From NCBI GenBank assembly GCA_001897075.1, contig MKRZ01000089.1, positions 25,911 to 89,910 on the forward strand: a stretch of DNA of 64,000 bases, in the 5' to 3' direction. Positions within the stretch are counted from its first letter, which is position 1, and each line of letters opens with the position of its first letter. A program made the translations under genes and the position numbers. Below the pieces are notes generated by a model. The model was given only the letters and a program-made list of their open reading frames with translations, was not told where the DNA came from and made no database searches. The stretch is from Mesorhizobium sp. 61-13 (lineage in GTDB: Bacteria > Pseudomonadota > Alphaproteobacteria > Rhizobiales > Rhizobiaceae). Positions 16,963 to 26,488 of this stretch are shown one piece after another.

Positions 16963-19839
16963 ATGACCCTCGATCTGTTCAGCGATGCCGAGGCCGAACC
17001 CACCCGTTGGTTCGTCGAGCTTGAGCAATCGACCGGCTCAAAGCCTGTCGACGGCCTCGTTCTTGTCGCTGGTTATGTCCCGACGGGACGTCCTCCCGAG
17101 GAAGTCGCGACCATGGAAAAGGCGCGACGTTACGGCGCGCACTCGGTGTTTTTCGAAGCGGGACGCAATGGGCGAGCCCCCGTCCCGCAGGCCTTCGTCT
17201 TCATCTCCAAGGACGGCACCGACGACAAGGAGTTCGCCGACCTGCACAAGCGGCTGTGGAGCTGGGGCGGCGTTCCAATCCTCTACCGGCGAACGCCCGG
17301 TCAGATTCAGCTCTTCCGCTGTGCGCATGACCCGGACTTCATCTCCGCGACCGGCGAGCAGATCTGCAAGCCCTTCAAGTTCCTCGACATCGGCTCCCGT
17401 ATCGCCGGGAAGGAAGCATGGTGGGATGCCGAGCGGATTCGCAACGGTACGCTCTGGGATGATCCGGATGCCTGCCGCATCATGCTGTCCGCCCAAAAGG
17501 CCGCTCACCGGAAGCTGGTAGACGTCGTCCGTGGACTGAATGACGAACTCAACACCAAGCGCCTGCTAACCGCGCCTTTGCGTCGACGGCTGCTCATCCT
17601 ATCCCTGCTGATCGCATACCTCGAAGAGCGCGGGGTCCTCCGGCCGGAGTTCTTTGGTCGCTATGTGAAGGGCGCGACCCGCTTCTTTGAAGTGTTGCGC
17701 GAAGGCGATGCGCTGGTCGAGATGCTCAAGGCGCTCGAAGACCGCTTCAACGGTCACGTCTTTGCGCTCAAGGATGAGGAAGCCGCGGCGCTGAAGGCCA
17801 GCCGGCAGTTGGGCCGGTTCGCCAGCCTGGTGGAGGGCTACGAGGATACCGGCGGTCAGCTCAGTTTCTGGCGCCTCTATTCTTTCAAGGATCTGCCGGT
17901 CGAGCTGATCAGTCACATCTACCAACTTTTCGTCACCGACACCGACAGTTCCGTCTATACGCCGCCCACCCTGGTTCGGCTGATGCTCGACGAGGCGCTG
18001 AGCTGGGATCGCATCGATCGCCTGATGGCCGGCAAGGAGATCATTCTGGACCCGGCATGCGGCTCTGGCGTCTTCCTCGTCGAGGCGTACAAGCGGCTGG
18101 TGCTGCATTGGCGCAGCCGCAACGATTGGGCCAGGCCCGGGGTCGATGAACTGCGCGCGCTCCTCGAGCGCGTTCACGGCATCGACCTGGAACTGGGCGC
18201 GGTCGAACTGGCCGCGTTCAGCTTGTGCCTGGCGCTCTGCGACGCGCTCGAACCCGAGGAGATCCGCGCCAGCGTCAAGCTCTTCCCCAAGCTGGCCGAC
18301 GCGTCGCTGCATCAGCGGTGTTTCTTTGAAGCTAAGGAAGAAGGTCTGATAGCGGCCCCCGTCGGCGTGCTGATTGGCAATCCGCCTTTCGAATCCAGCC
18401 TCACCACACCGGCGGCAAAGCGCGCCTATGACGCCTATGTCAAACAGCATGGCAAACTGGCCGACCAGCAGGTCGCCTACCTCTTCCTGCACGAGGCCAT
18501 GGGATTGACCGCCAAGGGCGGCGTCCTCAGCATGATCCAGCCCTCGGGCTTTCTCTACAATCAGCATGCCGGCGATTTCCGCGCGAATTTTTTCAAGCGC
18601 TGGAACGTGCGTGAGATCCTCGATCTCGTCTCGGTCCGCGGCCTGTTCAAGAAGGGTGACGCCGATCCCAAAGTCGTTGTCGTCGTCGCAGTGGCGGAGC
18701 CCGCAAAACCAGCATCAACGCTGCTGCACACGGTCTTCCGGAGAAACGGGCGGGCCAATGCCGAGCAGGGATTCGAAATCGACTATTACGATCTCCACCG
18801 CGTGCCGCATGCCGCTCTTTCCGGCAATAGTGACATCTGGAGGGCTAATCTGCTCGGTGGCGAACGTCTTCTGACTTTCGTTCAGCGGCTGCGCGGCCTC
18901 CGCACGCTCGGACACTATGCGGCTGAGCGCGAATGGAACAGCGGTGAAGGGTATATCGCCGGCCAAAAGGGAATCTCGCGACCGGCCGCGCACATCGTCG
19001 GGCAGCAGTTGCTGCCCACCAAGGCATTGTCCGCGACGGGCCTGAACCGATCCGCGCTCACCAAGGTGCCAAAGGCGCCCATCAAGGATCCCAAGTCGCA
19101 GGCGCGCTTCACGCCGCCCCTCCTGCTCGTGAAGGAGCATCAGGATCTCTACAACGCTATGTGGGAGGAGAGCTACCTCACCTACAAGCACGAGATCGTC
19201 GGGTTTGCTGCACCCAAGAAGGACCTGAAGCGGCTGCGCCAAGTTCGCGACTGGATCGCGAACAATCGTCCAGCCCTCCAGGCCTACGTCGCCAGCACGA
19301 GCATTCGCTTGTTCACGCAACGCGCCACCTCGATCGCCAGCGCCGACATCATGGCGCTTCCCTATCCAGAAGACGGTACGCTCGACCTGAGTGCCAATGA
19401 GCAAATCCTGGTCGACGATGTCGTGCGGTACTGGCGCGACTTCGTACGCACCGGCAGTGATTCCGATGTGATGAAGCTCGATGGACGAGAAGCGCTGCCT
19501 GCCTTCGCTGCTTCCTTCACCGCACAGATCAACACGGTCTACCCGACCACGCCGCTGTCGGCGCTTGAACCACAATCGTGGCCCGGCATCATCTGCCAGC
19601 CTTTCGTCTTTGGCGCCGGCCAGGTCGACTGGACCGGCGTCGATGACCTGCGGGGCCGACTGGACAACCTGCTCCGCGAGCAGCGCGGCTCGAGTATCAC
19701 GGTCACGCGCATTGCCCGGATTTACGACGGCAAGTTTGTCTTTCTGCTCAAGCCCGACCGCCTTCGCTACTGGCTCCGGTCGATCGCGCTGCGGGACGCC
19801 GATGACGTGCTCGCCGATCTACGTGCTCAGGGGTTCTAG
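16963..19839 (+). CDS. Large gamma-class N6-adenine DNA methyltransferase (958 aa) with long N- and C-terminal extensions
   Basis: VYTPPTLVRLMLDEAL, motif I LDPACGSGVFLVEAYKRL, HGIDLELGAVELAAFSL, motif IV LIGNPPFES. The flanking roughly 340 and 430 aa have no motif I can name. Confidence 0.8.
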   Translation: MTLDLFSDAEAEPTRWFVELEQSTGSKPVDGLVLVAGYVPTGRPPEEVATMEKARRYGAHSVFFEAGRNGRAPVPQAFVFISKDGTDDKEFADLHKRLWSWGGVPILYRRTPGQIQLFRCAHDPDFISATGEQICKPFKFLDIGSRIAGKEAWWDAERIRNGTLWDDPDACRIMLSAQKAAHRKLVDVVRGLNDELNTKRLLTAPLRRRLLILSLLIAYLEERGVLRPEFFGRYVKGATRFFEVLREGDALVEMLKALEDRFNGHVFALKDEEAAALKASRQLGRFASLVEGYEDTGGQLSFWRLYSFKDLPVELISHIYQLFVTDTDSSVYTPPTLVRLMLDEALSWDRIDRLMAGKEIILDPACGSGVFLVEAYKRLVLHWRSRNDWARPGVDELRALLERVHGIDLELGAVELAAFSLCLALCDALEPEEIRASVKLFPKLADASLHQRCFFEAKEEGLIAAPVGVLIGNPPFESSLTTPAAKRAYDAYVKQHGKLADQQVAYLFLHEAMGLTAKGGVLSMIQPSGFLYNQHAGDFRANFFKRWNVREILDLVSVRGLFKKGDADPKVVVVVAVAEPAKPASTLLHTVFRRNGRANAEQGFEIDYYDLHRVPHAALSGNSDIWRANLLGGERLLTFVQRLRGLRTLGHYAAEREWNSGEGYIAGQKGISRPAAHIVGQQLLPTKALSATGLNRSALTKVPKAPIKDPKSQARFTPPLLLVKEHQDLYNAMWEESYLTYKHEIVGFAAPKKDLKRLRQVRDWIANNRPALQAYVASTSIRLFTQRATSIASADIMALPYPEDGTLDLSANEQILVDDVVRYWRDFVRTGSDSDVMKLDGREALPAFAASFTAQINTVYPTTPLSALEPQSWPGIICQPFVFGAGQVDWTGVDDLRGRLDNLLREQRGSSITVTRIARIYDGKFVFLLKPDRLRYWLRSIALRDADDVLADLRAQGF

Positions 19840-19841
19840 GC

Positions 19842-20594
19842 GTGCTGGCAGATCACGCAGAACCAAACGTCCAATCGGGCGGCCTCGATCCAAACCTTCA
19901 CCTCCCAGCGGCATGGCGCTTGGCCCTTCTGGACTTTATCGCGGATGAGCTCCCGAGGTGGCGTGACGATCCAAAGCGTCCGATCGAAACCGCGGAGACA
20001 TCGCTCACCTCCCGGCTTTGCGCCCACATGAATAGCGCGACCCGAAAGTCGGGCGGATGGGACTTCCTGCAGTTTCGCGTTGAAGAGCCGGATGAACTGG
20101 TCGGCGGCCGTAAACTCGACCTTGTGCCCGCGCCGAGCGCGGCGACGATCTGGATCGACGGCCGTGAGTACACTCAGTACACGCCGCTCATTCCCATCGA
20201 ATGCAAGCGACTACCTATCCCGGCTGCCGGGACCCGAGACCAACGTGAGTATCTCTACAGCGCTTCTTCTTCCACGGGCGGCATTCAACGGTTCAAGGCC
20301 GGCCACCACGGTGCCGCGCACTCAATCGGTGCAATGATTGGCTATATCCAATCTCAGAACATTGATTTCTGGCACGGCCAGCTTCGCGCTTGGCTGAGAG
20401 ACTTGGTCTCAACACCCATCGATGGCTGGACGGCTGACGATGACGTCCAAATAACCAAACAGGATGCGGCCGCAAAGTCAGCGTTGCTCGAGTCCCATCA
20501 CCAGCGAACTGGCCTGCCGGACATTAAACTACATCACCTGTGGATCGACATGACCGGCTCGTCACGACAATCAGCGGATACAAATCATGACTAG
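19842..20594 (+). CDS. PD-(D/E)xK-type nuclease candidate (restriction partner)
   Basis: GTG start 2 nt after the methyltransferase stop. GRKLDLVP...PLIPIECKRLP gives a D...E-x-K arrangement. Confidence 0.55.
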   Translation: MLADHAEPNVQSGGLDPNLHLPAAWRLALLDFIADELPRWRDDPKRPIETAETSLTSRLCAHMNSATRKSGGWDFLQFRVEEPDELVGGRKLDLVPAPSAATIWIDGREYTQYTPLIPIECKRLPIPAAGTRDQREYLYSASSSTGGIQRFKAGHHGAAHSIGAMIGYIQSQNIDFWHGQLRAWLRDLVSTPIDGWTADDDVQITKQDAAAKSALLESHHQRTGLPDIKLHHLWIDMTGSSRQSADTNHD

Positions 20595-20726
20595 CAACAG
20601 CATAAGAAACATATCTTTAGCGCGTTCGGTTGACATTGCCGCCGACTGATCGTTTCCGAATCAACTTGTCTTAGCGCCGCCTTTCCCAGCCGCTAAATGT
20701 AACGGCGCCCGCCTCGGGGAGTTTTC

Positions 20727-23700
20727 GTGGACGATATTTTTCAAAGACTCGTTCGTCGGGATGAGCGCCGCTCCGAAGCCGAAATCCAGGCGGATGTACG
20801 ACAGTTCATCTTGTCCGCGCCCTTTGAGCTCGACGAGGGGGATGTCGCTCTGGTCGCCCTTGAATCCTCAGTCGGCAATCGACAGCGCATTGACGTCGAA
20901 GTTGGCGCTACGGTGATTGAAGTCAAACGCGATCTCCGCCGCGGAAGAGTCAAAGAGGAAGCGATTGACCAGCTTGCGGGCTATGTGGAACTGCGGATGC
21001 AGCAAACCGGCTTGCGATACGTCGGCGTTCTGACGGATGGAACAGAATGGTGTTGCTACCATCTCGTAGAAGGCGGACTAAGGGAGGTATCAAACGCGAC
21101 GTTCGGTTCACCTTCCGATGACTTGAGTCGTCTTGTCGTGTGGCTTGAGGGCGTCCTTGCCACCGCGAAGGGCATTCCGCCCACCCCGCAGAACATTGAA
21201 GCCCGCCTTGGGGCGAGAAGCAGCGCCTACGCATTGGATCGCGCAACTCTCTCCACCCTCTTCCAACAGAACCGCACGAATCCTAGCGTCCAGCTCAAGC
21301 GCACCCTTTGGTCACGGCTGCTCACGTCGGCCCTCGGTACGCAATTCGAGGATACCGACGATCTTTTCATCGAGCACACCCTTCTCGTCAACACGGCCGA
21401 GATTATCGCTCACGCCGTGTTGGGCCTGTCACTCGAGGCCCAAAACCCCGTTTCATTGCTGGGTGGGCACAAGTTTGATGAAAGCGGCATCTATGGTGTC
21501 GTTGAGCCCGACTTTTTCGATTGGGTGATCGAAGTGGACGGAGGCGAGCGTTTTGTGAGGACGCTGGCTAAGAGGCTGGGTCGGTTCGATTGGGAACACG
21601 TCCATCAGGATATCCTCAAGGTTCTGTACGAAAGCATCATCGCAGCCGAGACTCGCCAGCGCATGGGAGAATATTACACGCCCGATTGGCTAGCGGACGT
21701 TGTTGTCCAGCATGCAGTACCTCAGCCTTTGGCAACGCGTGTTCTCGATCCTGCCTGCGGGTCAGGGACATTCTTGTTCCATGCAATCAGATCGTACGTT
21801 GAGGCCGCCGAGCGAGACGGTATGTCTGTTTCCGACATGCTGGACTCGTTGACGAAAAGCGTCATCGGGATGGACCTACATCCTGTGGCGGTAACACTCG
21901 CCCGCGTTACCTACCTTCTTGCCATAGGCCGTGAGCGGCTCACTCACCCAGCACGTGGGACGATCCAGATTCCGGTCTATCTTGGCGACTCTCTGCAGTG
22001 GCAAGAGCAAAGTGCTGACCTCTGGGCTGCTGAGAATCTTGTCATTCGGGTGGACGATAAGCAGGAATTGGTGGGGCCAGAACTGCGCTTCCCTGACGGA
22101 CTACTTGATGATGCCGCCCGCTTCGACCAACTCGTAACCGAACTGGCGAACCGCGCGGCCAAGCGGAAGCCCGGTGCTGCGGTACCCGCCCTCACAGTCG
22201 TATTTCAACGCCTGGCGATTCCAGAGAAATACAGGAAAACAATCGAGGCTACTTTCGCAACGATGTGTCGCTTGCACGACGCAGGCCGGGATCACATTTG
22301 GGGCTATTTTGTCAGAAACCTGGCTAGGCCACTGTGGCTTTCGCGCGAGAAGAATCGCGTCGACGTGCTGATCGGCAACCCTCCCTGGCTCGCTCTGCGA
22401 CACATGACCAGCGACATGCAAGTCGCATTTCGAAACATGAGTGAGGCGCGCGGGTTGTGGGCCGGTGCCGAGAACGCCACACACCAGGATTTGTCGGGGC
22501 TCTTCGTCATTCGCGCCGCCGAGCTTTATCTGAAGCGCGGAGGCCGTTTCGCGCTCGTGATGCCAAACGCTGCATTGGATCGCGAACACTATTCCGGCTT
22601 CCGTCGCGGATACTATGGGGACGCCACGATCGGGCTGAAGCTCCAATTCAGCGCCTCGTGGGACCTGCGTCGTATACGTCCCCACTTCTTCCCTCGTGCG
22701 GCATGTGTCGCATTCGGCACGCGCTCGACACGTGGGGAGGAAATGACGGACGAAGCTACGATTTGGTCAGGACGACTGCCTCGGCCTAATGCACCCTGGT
22801 CAGAGGCTCGTCCGCTCCTCGTGCGCAGTGAAGGGCATGTGACGCGTACCGGCATGGGCCTCAGGTCACCCTATCACCCTGCTTTCGCCCAAGGTGCCGT
22901 CTTGCTTCCGAGATTCTTGTTCTCGGTTGAGGACCAAGTGAAACCACCCCTTGGCTTGCCCTCCGGGAAAGTAGCGGTCAAGTCGTCGAGGAGCGTCCAA
23001 GAAAAGAAGCCTTGGAAAGAGCTTCCAGCTCTAGAGGGCGTGGTCGAAAGCGAGTTCGTAAGACCCTACTTCAACGGCGAAAACATCCTTCCTTATTTGG
23101 CGGGCTCTCCAGAAAGAGCCGTCATCCCCTGCAATCCTAGCCGTCTTCTAACGAGCGACGAGATCGAGTTTCATCCTGGATTGCAGCACTGGTGGGAGCG
23201 CGCTGACGCGCTATGGAAAGAGCATTCCGGCGGAAAAATATCTTCGCTGCGGGGCCAACTGGACTACCAATCCAAGCTGTCGAAGCAGTTGCCCGTAGTT
23301 CCTCTTCGTGTCGTCTACAACCGCTCCGGAATGCATGTGGTCGCGGCAAAGGTGCGCGACAGGCGCGCGCTGATTGCAAGTGGATTGTATTGGGCAGCAG
23401 TGCATTCCGATGCAGAAGCTAATTTCCTTTGCGCAATCCTTAATGCTCCGATCACCACCGAATTGGTCCGGCCGTATATGACTTACGGCAAGGACGAGAG
23501 GGACGTAGCCAAGCACATTTGGGAGTTGCCAATCCCGACCTTCGACCCTGACGATACCGTTCATGCGCGGCTCGCCGAGCTGGGGCAATGGGCCGAACGC
23601 GAAGTTTCGAATTTTGCCATCAATGATAGCGTGCACTTCTCCGCCGTTCGTCGACACATTCGCCAGCACCTCGCCGCGTCCGCCGAGGCGGAGGAAATTA

Positions 23701-23729
23701 ACAATACCGTGTTTGAGCTGCTCGGGTAA
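20727..23729 (+). CDS. Type IIG/IIL-like restriction-modification enzyme (nuclease-methyltransferase fusion, 1000 aa)
   Basis: D-x8-E-x-K (RIDVEVGATVIEVKRDL), GEYYTPDWLADVV, motif I VLDPACGSGTFLFHAI, motif IV LIGNPPWLALRHM. Same layout as the open-ended gene at 1-2711. Confidence 0.8.
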   Translation: MDDIFQRLVRRDERRSEAEIQADVRQFILSAPFELDEGDVALVALESSVGNRQRIDVEVGATVIEVKRDLRRGRVKEEAIDQLAGYVELRMQQTGLRYVGVLTDGTEWCCYHLVEGGLREVSNATFGSPSDDLSRLVVWLEGVLATAKGIPPTPQNIEARLGARSSAYALDRATLSTLFQQNRTNPSVQLKRTLWSRLLTSALGTQFEDTDDLFIEHTLLVNTAEIIAHAVLGLSLEAQNPVSLLGGHKFDESGIYGVVEPDFFDWVIEVDGGERFVRTLAKRLGRFDWEHVHQDILKVLYESIIAAETRQRMGEYYTPDWLADVVVQHAVPQPLATRVLDPACGSGTFLFHAIRSYVEAAERDGMSVSDMLDSLTKSVIGMDLHPVAVTLARVTYLLAIGRERLTHPARGTIQIPVYLGDSLQWQEQSADLWAAENLVIRVDDKQELVGPELRFPDGLLDDAARFDQLVTELANRAAKRKPGAAVPALTVVFQRLAIPEKYRKTIEATFATMCRLHDAGRDHIWGYFVRNLARPLWLSREKNRVDVLIGNPPWLALRHMTSDMQVAFRNMSEARGLWAGAENATHQDLSGLFVIRAAELYLKRGGRFALVMPNAALDREHYSGFRRGYYGDATIGLKLQFSASWDLRRIRPHFFPRAACVAFGTRSTRGEEMTDEATIWSGRLPRPNAPWSEARPLLVRSEGHVTRTGMGLRSPYHPAFAQGAVLLPRFLFSVEDQVKPPLGLPSGKVAVKSSRSVQEKKPWKELPALEGVVESEFVRPYFNGENILPYLAGSPERAVIPCNPSRLLTSDEIEFHPGLQHWWERADALWKEHSGGKISSLRGQLDYQSKLSKQLPVVPLRVVYNRSGMHVVAAKVRDRRALIASGLYWAAVHSDAEANFLCAILNAPITTELVRPYMTYGKDERDVAKHIWELPIPTFDPDDTVHARLAELGQWAEREVSNFAINDSVHFSAVRRHIRQHLAASAEAEEINNTVFELLG

Positions 23730-23877
23730 AAGTCGCGACCCACACCGGTTAGTTTCGTTCGAATAACTTCGACCTTGGTGTGTTTCTCAACCGGGTGCAT
23801 TACAATACACTACAAATCACGTCGCGGGGGCGACAAGCTACGCGCAGCGTGGCACGTCACCGGTCGGCGTCTTCGCG

Positions 23878-24735
23878 GTGACCCCCATGCTCCAGTTCGA
23901 CGGCCGTTGGAGATTTGACAGTCCAGGTCCGATAGAATCCGGCGTCGACGACGCGTTCCTTGACCTCATCAATCGGATTGCCGGACAGGCTCCGCGTAAA
24001 TCCATCCTCGAGCATTTCAAGTCACGGTTCGCGGCCGCGGCCAACATCCAATACTGGCCGAGCAGCAACGAGCGGTTCGCCGCCGAGGATCTCACTACCG
24101 CCATGTCCGAAGCAGCGGCGAACGCGCCTTTATTCATAGAAGCGTTCTGGCTTGGCTGTGAGGAACTCCGGCTCCGTCATCCCGAAATGGTGTTGCCCGA
24201 CGCGGGGCGGATCAACCGCATCCTCACCGACACAAGCGCCGGCTATCAGCTCGATCCGCCGATGCTGGTTGCCACCCGTGTGCATATTCCCATCACGGTT
24301 CCGACCCCGCCTCCATCACTGGATGTGCAGGCCCGGTCGCTCATCGAGCAGGCATTGCAGGCGTCAGAACGCGCCCTGGCCGAGGGGAACGGCCGACAGG
24401 CCGTCCAGGAAGTACTGTGGCTCCTGGAGACCATCTCCACTGCATTTCGCAGTCCTGAGGTGTTCGACGGCACCATTCAGGGACGCTACTTCAACAAGAT
24501 CATCGGTGAGTTGCGCCTGCGCGGTCGCGGGCATCAGGAACAGATCCTGCAATGGATGATGACATTGCATGGATACCTGTCCTCCCCCACCGGCGGCGGG
24601 GTGCGCCATGGTGTCGACCTCAAGGAAGGCCTCGCCTTGGGAATCGAAGAGGCGCGTCTCTACTGCAATCTCATCCGTAGCTACCTGACATTTCTCATGG
24701 CGGAGCATGAGCGCCTGACAAGGCGCGCCGCATGA
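23878..24735 (+). CDS. Hypothetical protein A of a three-gene operon (285 aa)
   Basis: GTG/ATG start. The C-terminal half looks helical and contains ..LHGYLSSPTGGGVRHGVD.., a weak Abi_C/HEPN-like resemblance only. Its stop overlaps the next ATG. Confidence 0.6.
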   Translation: MTPMLQFDGRWRFDSPGPIESGVDDAFLDLINRIAGQAPRKSILEHFKSRFAAAANIQYWPSSNERFAAEDLTTAMSEAAANAPLFIEAFWLGCEELRLRHPEMVLPDAGRINRILTDTSAGYQLDPPMLVATRVHIPITVPTPPPSLDVQARSLIEQALQASERALAEGNGRQAVQEVLWLLETISTAFRSPEVFDGTIQGRYFNKIIGELRLRGRGHQEQILQWMMTLHGYLSSPTGGGVRHGVDLKEGLALGIEEARLYCNLIRSYLTFLMAEHERLTRRAA

Positions 24736-25619
24736 CCGTCTATATGACGAAGACTTGGGGATTTGGATCGCCATCGGGGCCACTTCAATTTAGCCAGCGC
24801 GGGTGGCGGGACAGAGCTCGCGGCCTCCTCCGGCTAGGCGATCTTGTGGTGATCGTCGGCACGATGGGCGATGAAACCCATTCCGAAGAGCGCGGCATGA
24901 TCCTTGGCCTCATGGAGCCGACCACGACGACCGTCAGCTCACTCGATTACGACCTCGCCCGTGGCCCACGCGATTTCGATGAGGCTGGCAACTACCGCTG
25001 GCCGTTCGGGCTCGAGCTCTTGCGTGCCTGGCGCTTCCTCGAACCAAGAACCGCTTTGTCGGCGATATCGCCACGGCGCTTCAGCATGGATTCCGCGCAG
25101 GGAATCGTACCGCTCCTAGCAGATGAGGCCGAGGCGATCCTGCTCTTGCCCAGAGAACCGGTCGCGCTGCTCCGGCCCGCTCGAGCCGAGGCACGGGTCG
25201 CGGGTCTAGAGGCAGCTCGCCGGCGAGGTGCCCCGCCACCAACGACCACGCGCACCGGCATCATGCATATGCGGAGGGCACCAACCTTCACCTACGCCAT
25301 GATGATCGAAGGCGCTTCACCCCCTTCGTTCAAGATTGGCTGGGCCTTTGACTGGAGGCAGCGGGAGCGCAGTTTCAACCAGGCATCCATGCCCGAGCTC
25401 GGTGGCGTTCGATATCGCACGATCCTCCACGAACTGTGGGACACGGCCATAGATGCCTTTCGCATGGAGCAGGCGCTCCTCCGCCATTTCAATGCTCTCC
25501 GGCATGCGCGCAATCAGGAGGTGGTATCCGCGGTTGCGGCAGACACGATCCAGAAGTCGTGGATCGACTACCTCTCGAACCACAGGAAGGGGAGCACGCG
25601 GGGAGGAAAAGGCACATGA
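24732..25619 (+). CDS. Hypothetical protein B: PUA/EVE-like N-terminal region plus GIY-YIG/T5orf172-like C-terminal region (inferred)
   Basis: N-terminus: KTWGFGSPSGPLQFSQRGWRDRARGLLRLGDLVVIVGT...YRWPFGLELLRAW. C-terminus: FTYAMMIEG..FKIGWAFDWRQRERSFN...FRMEQALLRHFNALRHARNQEV, which follows a GIY..YIG..R..E order. ATGA overlaps at both ends. Confidence 0.55.
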   Translation: MTVYMTKTWGFGSPSGPLQFSQRGWRDRARGLLRLGDLVVIVGTMGDETHSEERGMILGLMEPTTTTVSSLDYDLARGPRDFDEAGNYRWPFGLELLRAWRFLEPRTALSAISPRRFSMDSAQGIVPLLADEAEAILLLPREPVALLRPARAEARVAGLEAARRRGAPPPTTTRTGIMHMRRAPTFTYAMMIEGASPPSFKIGWAFDWRQRERSFNQASMPELGGVRYRTILHELWDTAIDAFRMEQALLRHFNALRHARNQEVVSAVAADTIQKSWIDYLSNHRKGSTRGGKGT

Positions 25620-26452
25620 AGAAGCCGTCCGCGATGGTCAGCAAGAGCACCAGGTTTCCCTTCCAGGTTGCCGTATCCTGTTGGATTGACCTGCTCGGTT
25701 ATGGCGAGATGATCTCCGCCTCTGGGTTCAATCCACTGCACGCCGAAGCGCGCGATGCCCTCGCTCGCATCAGGACGTTTCATCGCATCGTCGCCGAGCA
25801 CAGCGCGAGATACTTTCCGACATTGGTGAATGATGGGGCGGTCGCCTATCGTGACCTCTCCCTGCGATCGCGCTCACCTACTCACGATTTTCTCGTGCGG
25901 GCGTGGAAGATGTTCGAGGCGGTTCGAAAAGCGGACACGGACAGTGGCCATCCAGGACCGCGGATGGTCTTGGCCTGCGGGTTTCGCATGCTGGGACGGC
26001 GTGCCGGCCTGGACGCGTCTCGCGAACACTTCAAATCAATTGTCGATCGGTTGCAGAGGGGCGGTATCGGCGCCGAGCAAGCGGTGCGCGAGGCAGCATC
26101 GATGCGGCCGCGCTTCGATATCATCCCGCAACTGCAAGCGAACTTCGCCTTCACAAAAGCCTATGTCGCCGAGCAGACCGGGACGAAGGGCAAACTTCCT
26201 GGTCCCGCATTCTACGTGGACATGGCGATATTCGGCGACGACCGTCCGCAATGGATTGATCTCGGCCCTGACATTGACTGGGCACACCCCAAGTTGAACT
26301 TACATGCGGTTTTCGCCGAGGCCCGTGGGTTGCAAGATGGGCGACATCCGAGCGGCGGCCCGACGGATATTCGCGATGGCCTTGCCGTTGCGCAGACGCT
26401 TGCCAACGATCCAAATGTCCTGGCGGCACTGCGCGCCGCGGAAAAATCGTAA
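25616..26452 (+). CDS. Hypothetical protein C: class III nucleotidyl-cyclase-like (palm-domain) protein (inferred)
   Basis: Motif order: VAVSCWIDLLGYGEM (F-x-D-I-x-G-F-T-like), TLVNDGAVAY (G-D-like second Asp), PRMVLACGFRMLGRRAG (R-I-G-I-H-x-G-like), ANFAFTKAYV (V-N-x-A-S-R-like). The start ATG at 25616 overlaps the gene B stop. Confidence 0.5.
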   Translation: MKKPSAMVSKSTRFPFQVAVSCWIDLLGYGEMISASGFNPLHAEARDALARIRTFHRIVAEHSARYFPTLVNDGAVAYRDLSLRSRSPTHDFLVRAWKMFEAVRKADTDSGHPGPRMVLACGFRMLGRRAGLDASREHFKSIVDRLQRGGIGAEQAVREAASMRPRFDIIPQLQANFAFTKAYVAEQTGTKGKLPGPAFYVDMAIFGDDRPQWIDLGPDIDWAHPKLNLHAVFAEARGLQDGRHPSGGPTDIRDGLAVAQTLANDPNVLAALRAAEKS

Positions 26453-26488
26453 ACATCGCCTGGGAACGGTCTTCGTCCCTATCTACGG

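Noticed and set aside
23801-23806. TACAAT hexamer upstream of the three-gene operon as a -10 box
   Set aside because: There is no acceptable -35 element at 16-18 nt spacing, so this is too weak to call a promoter from sequence alone.
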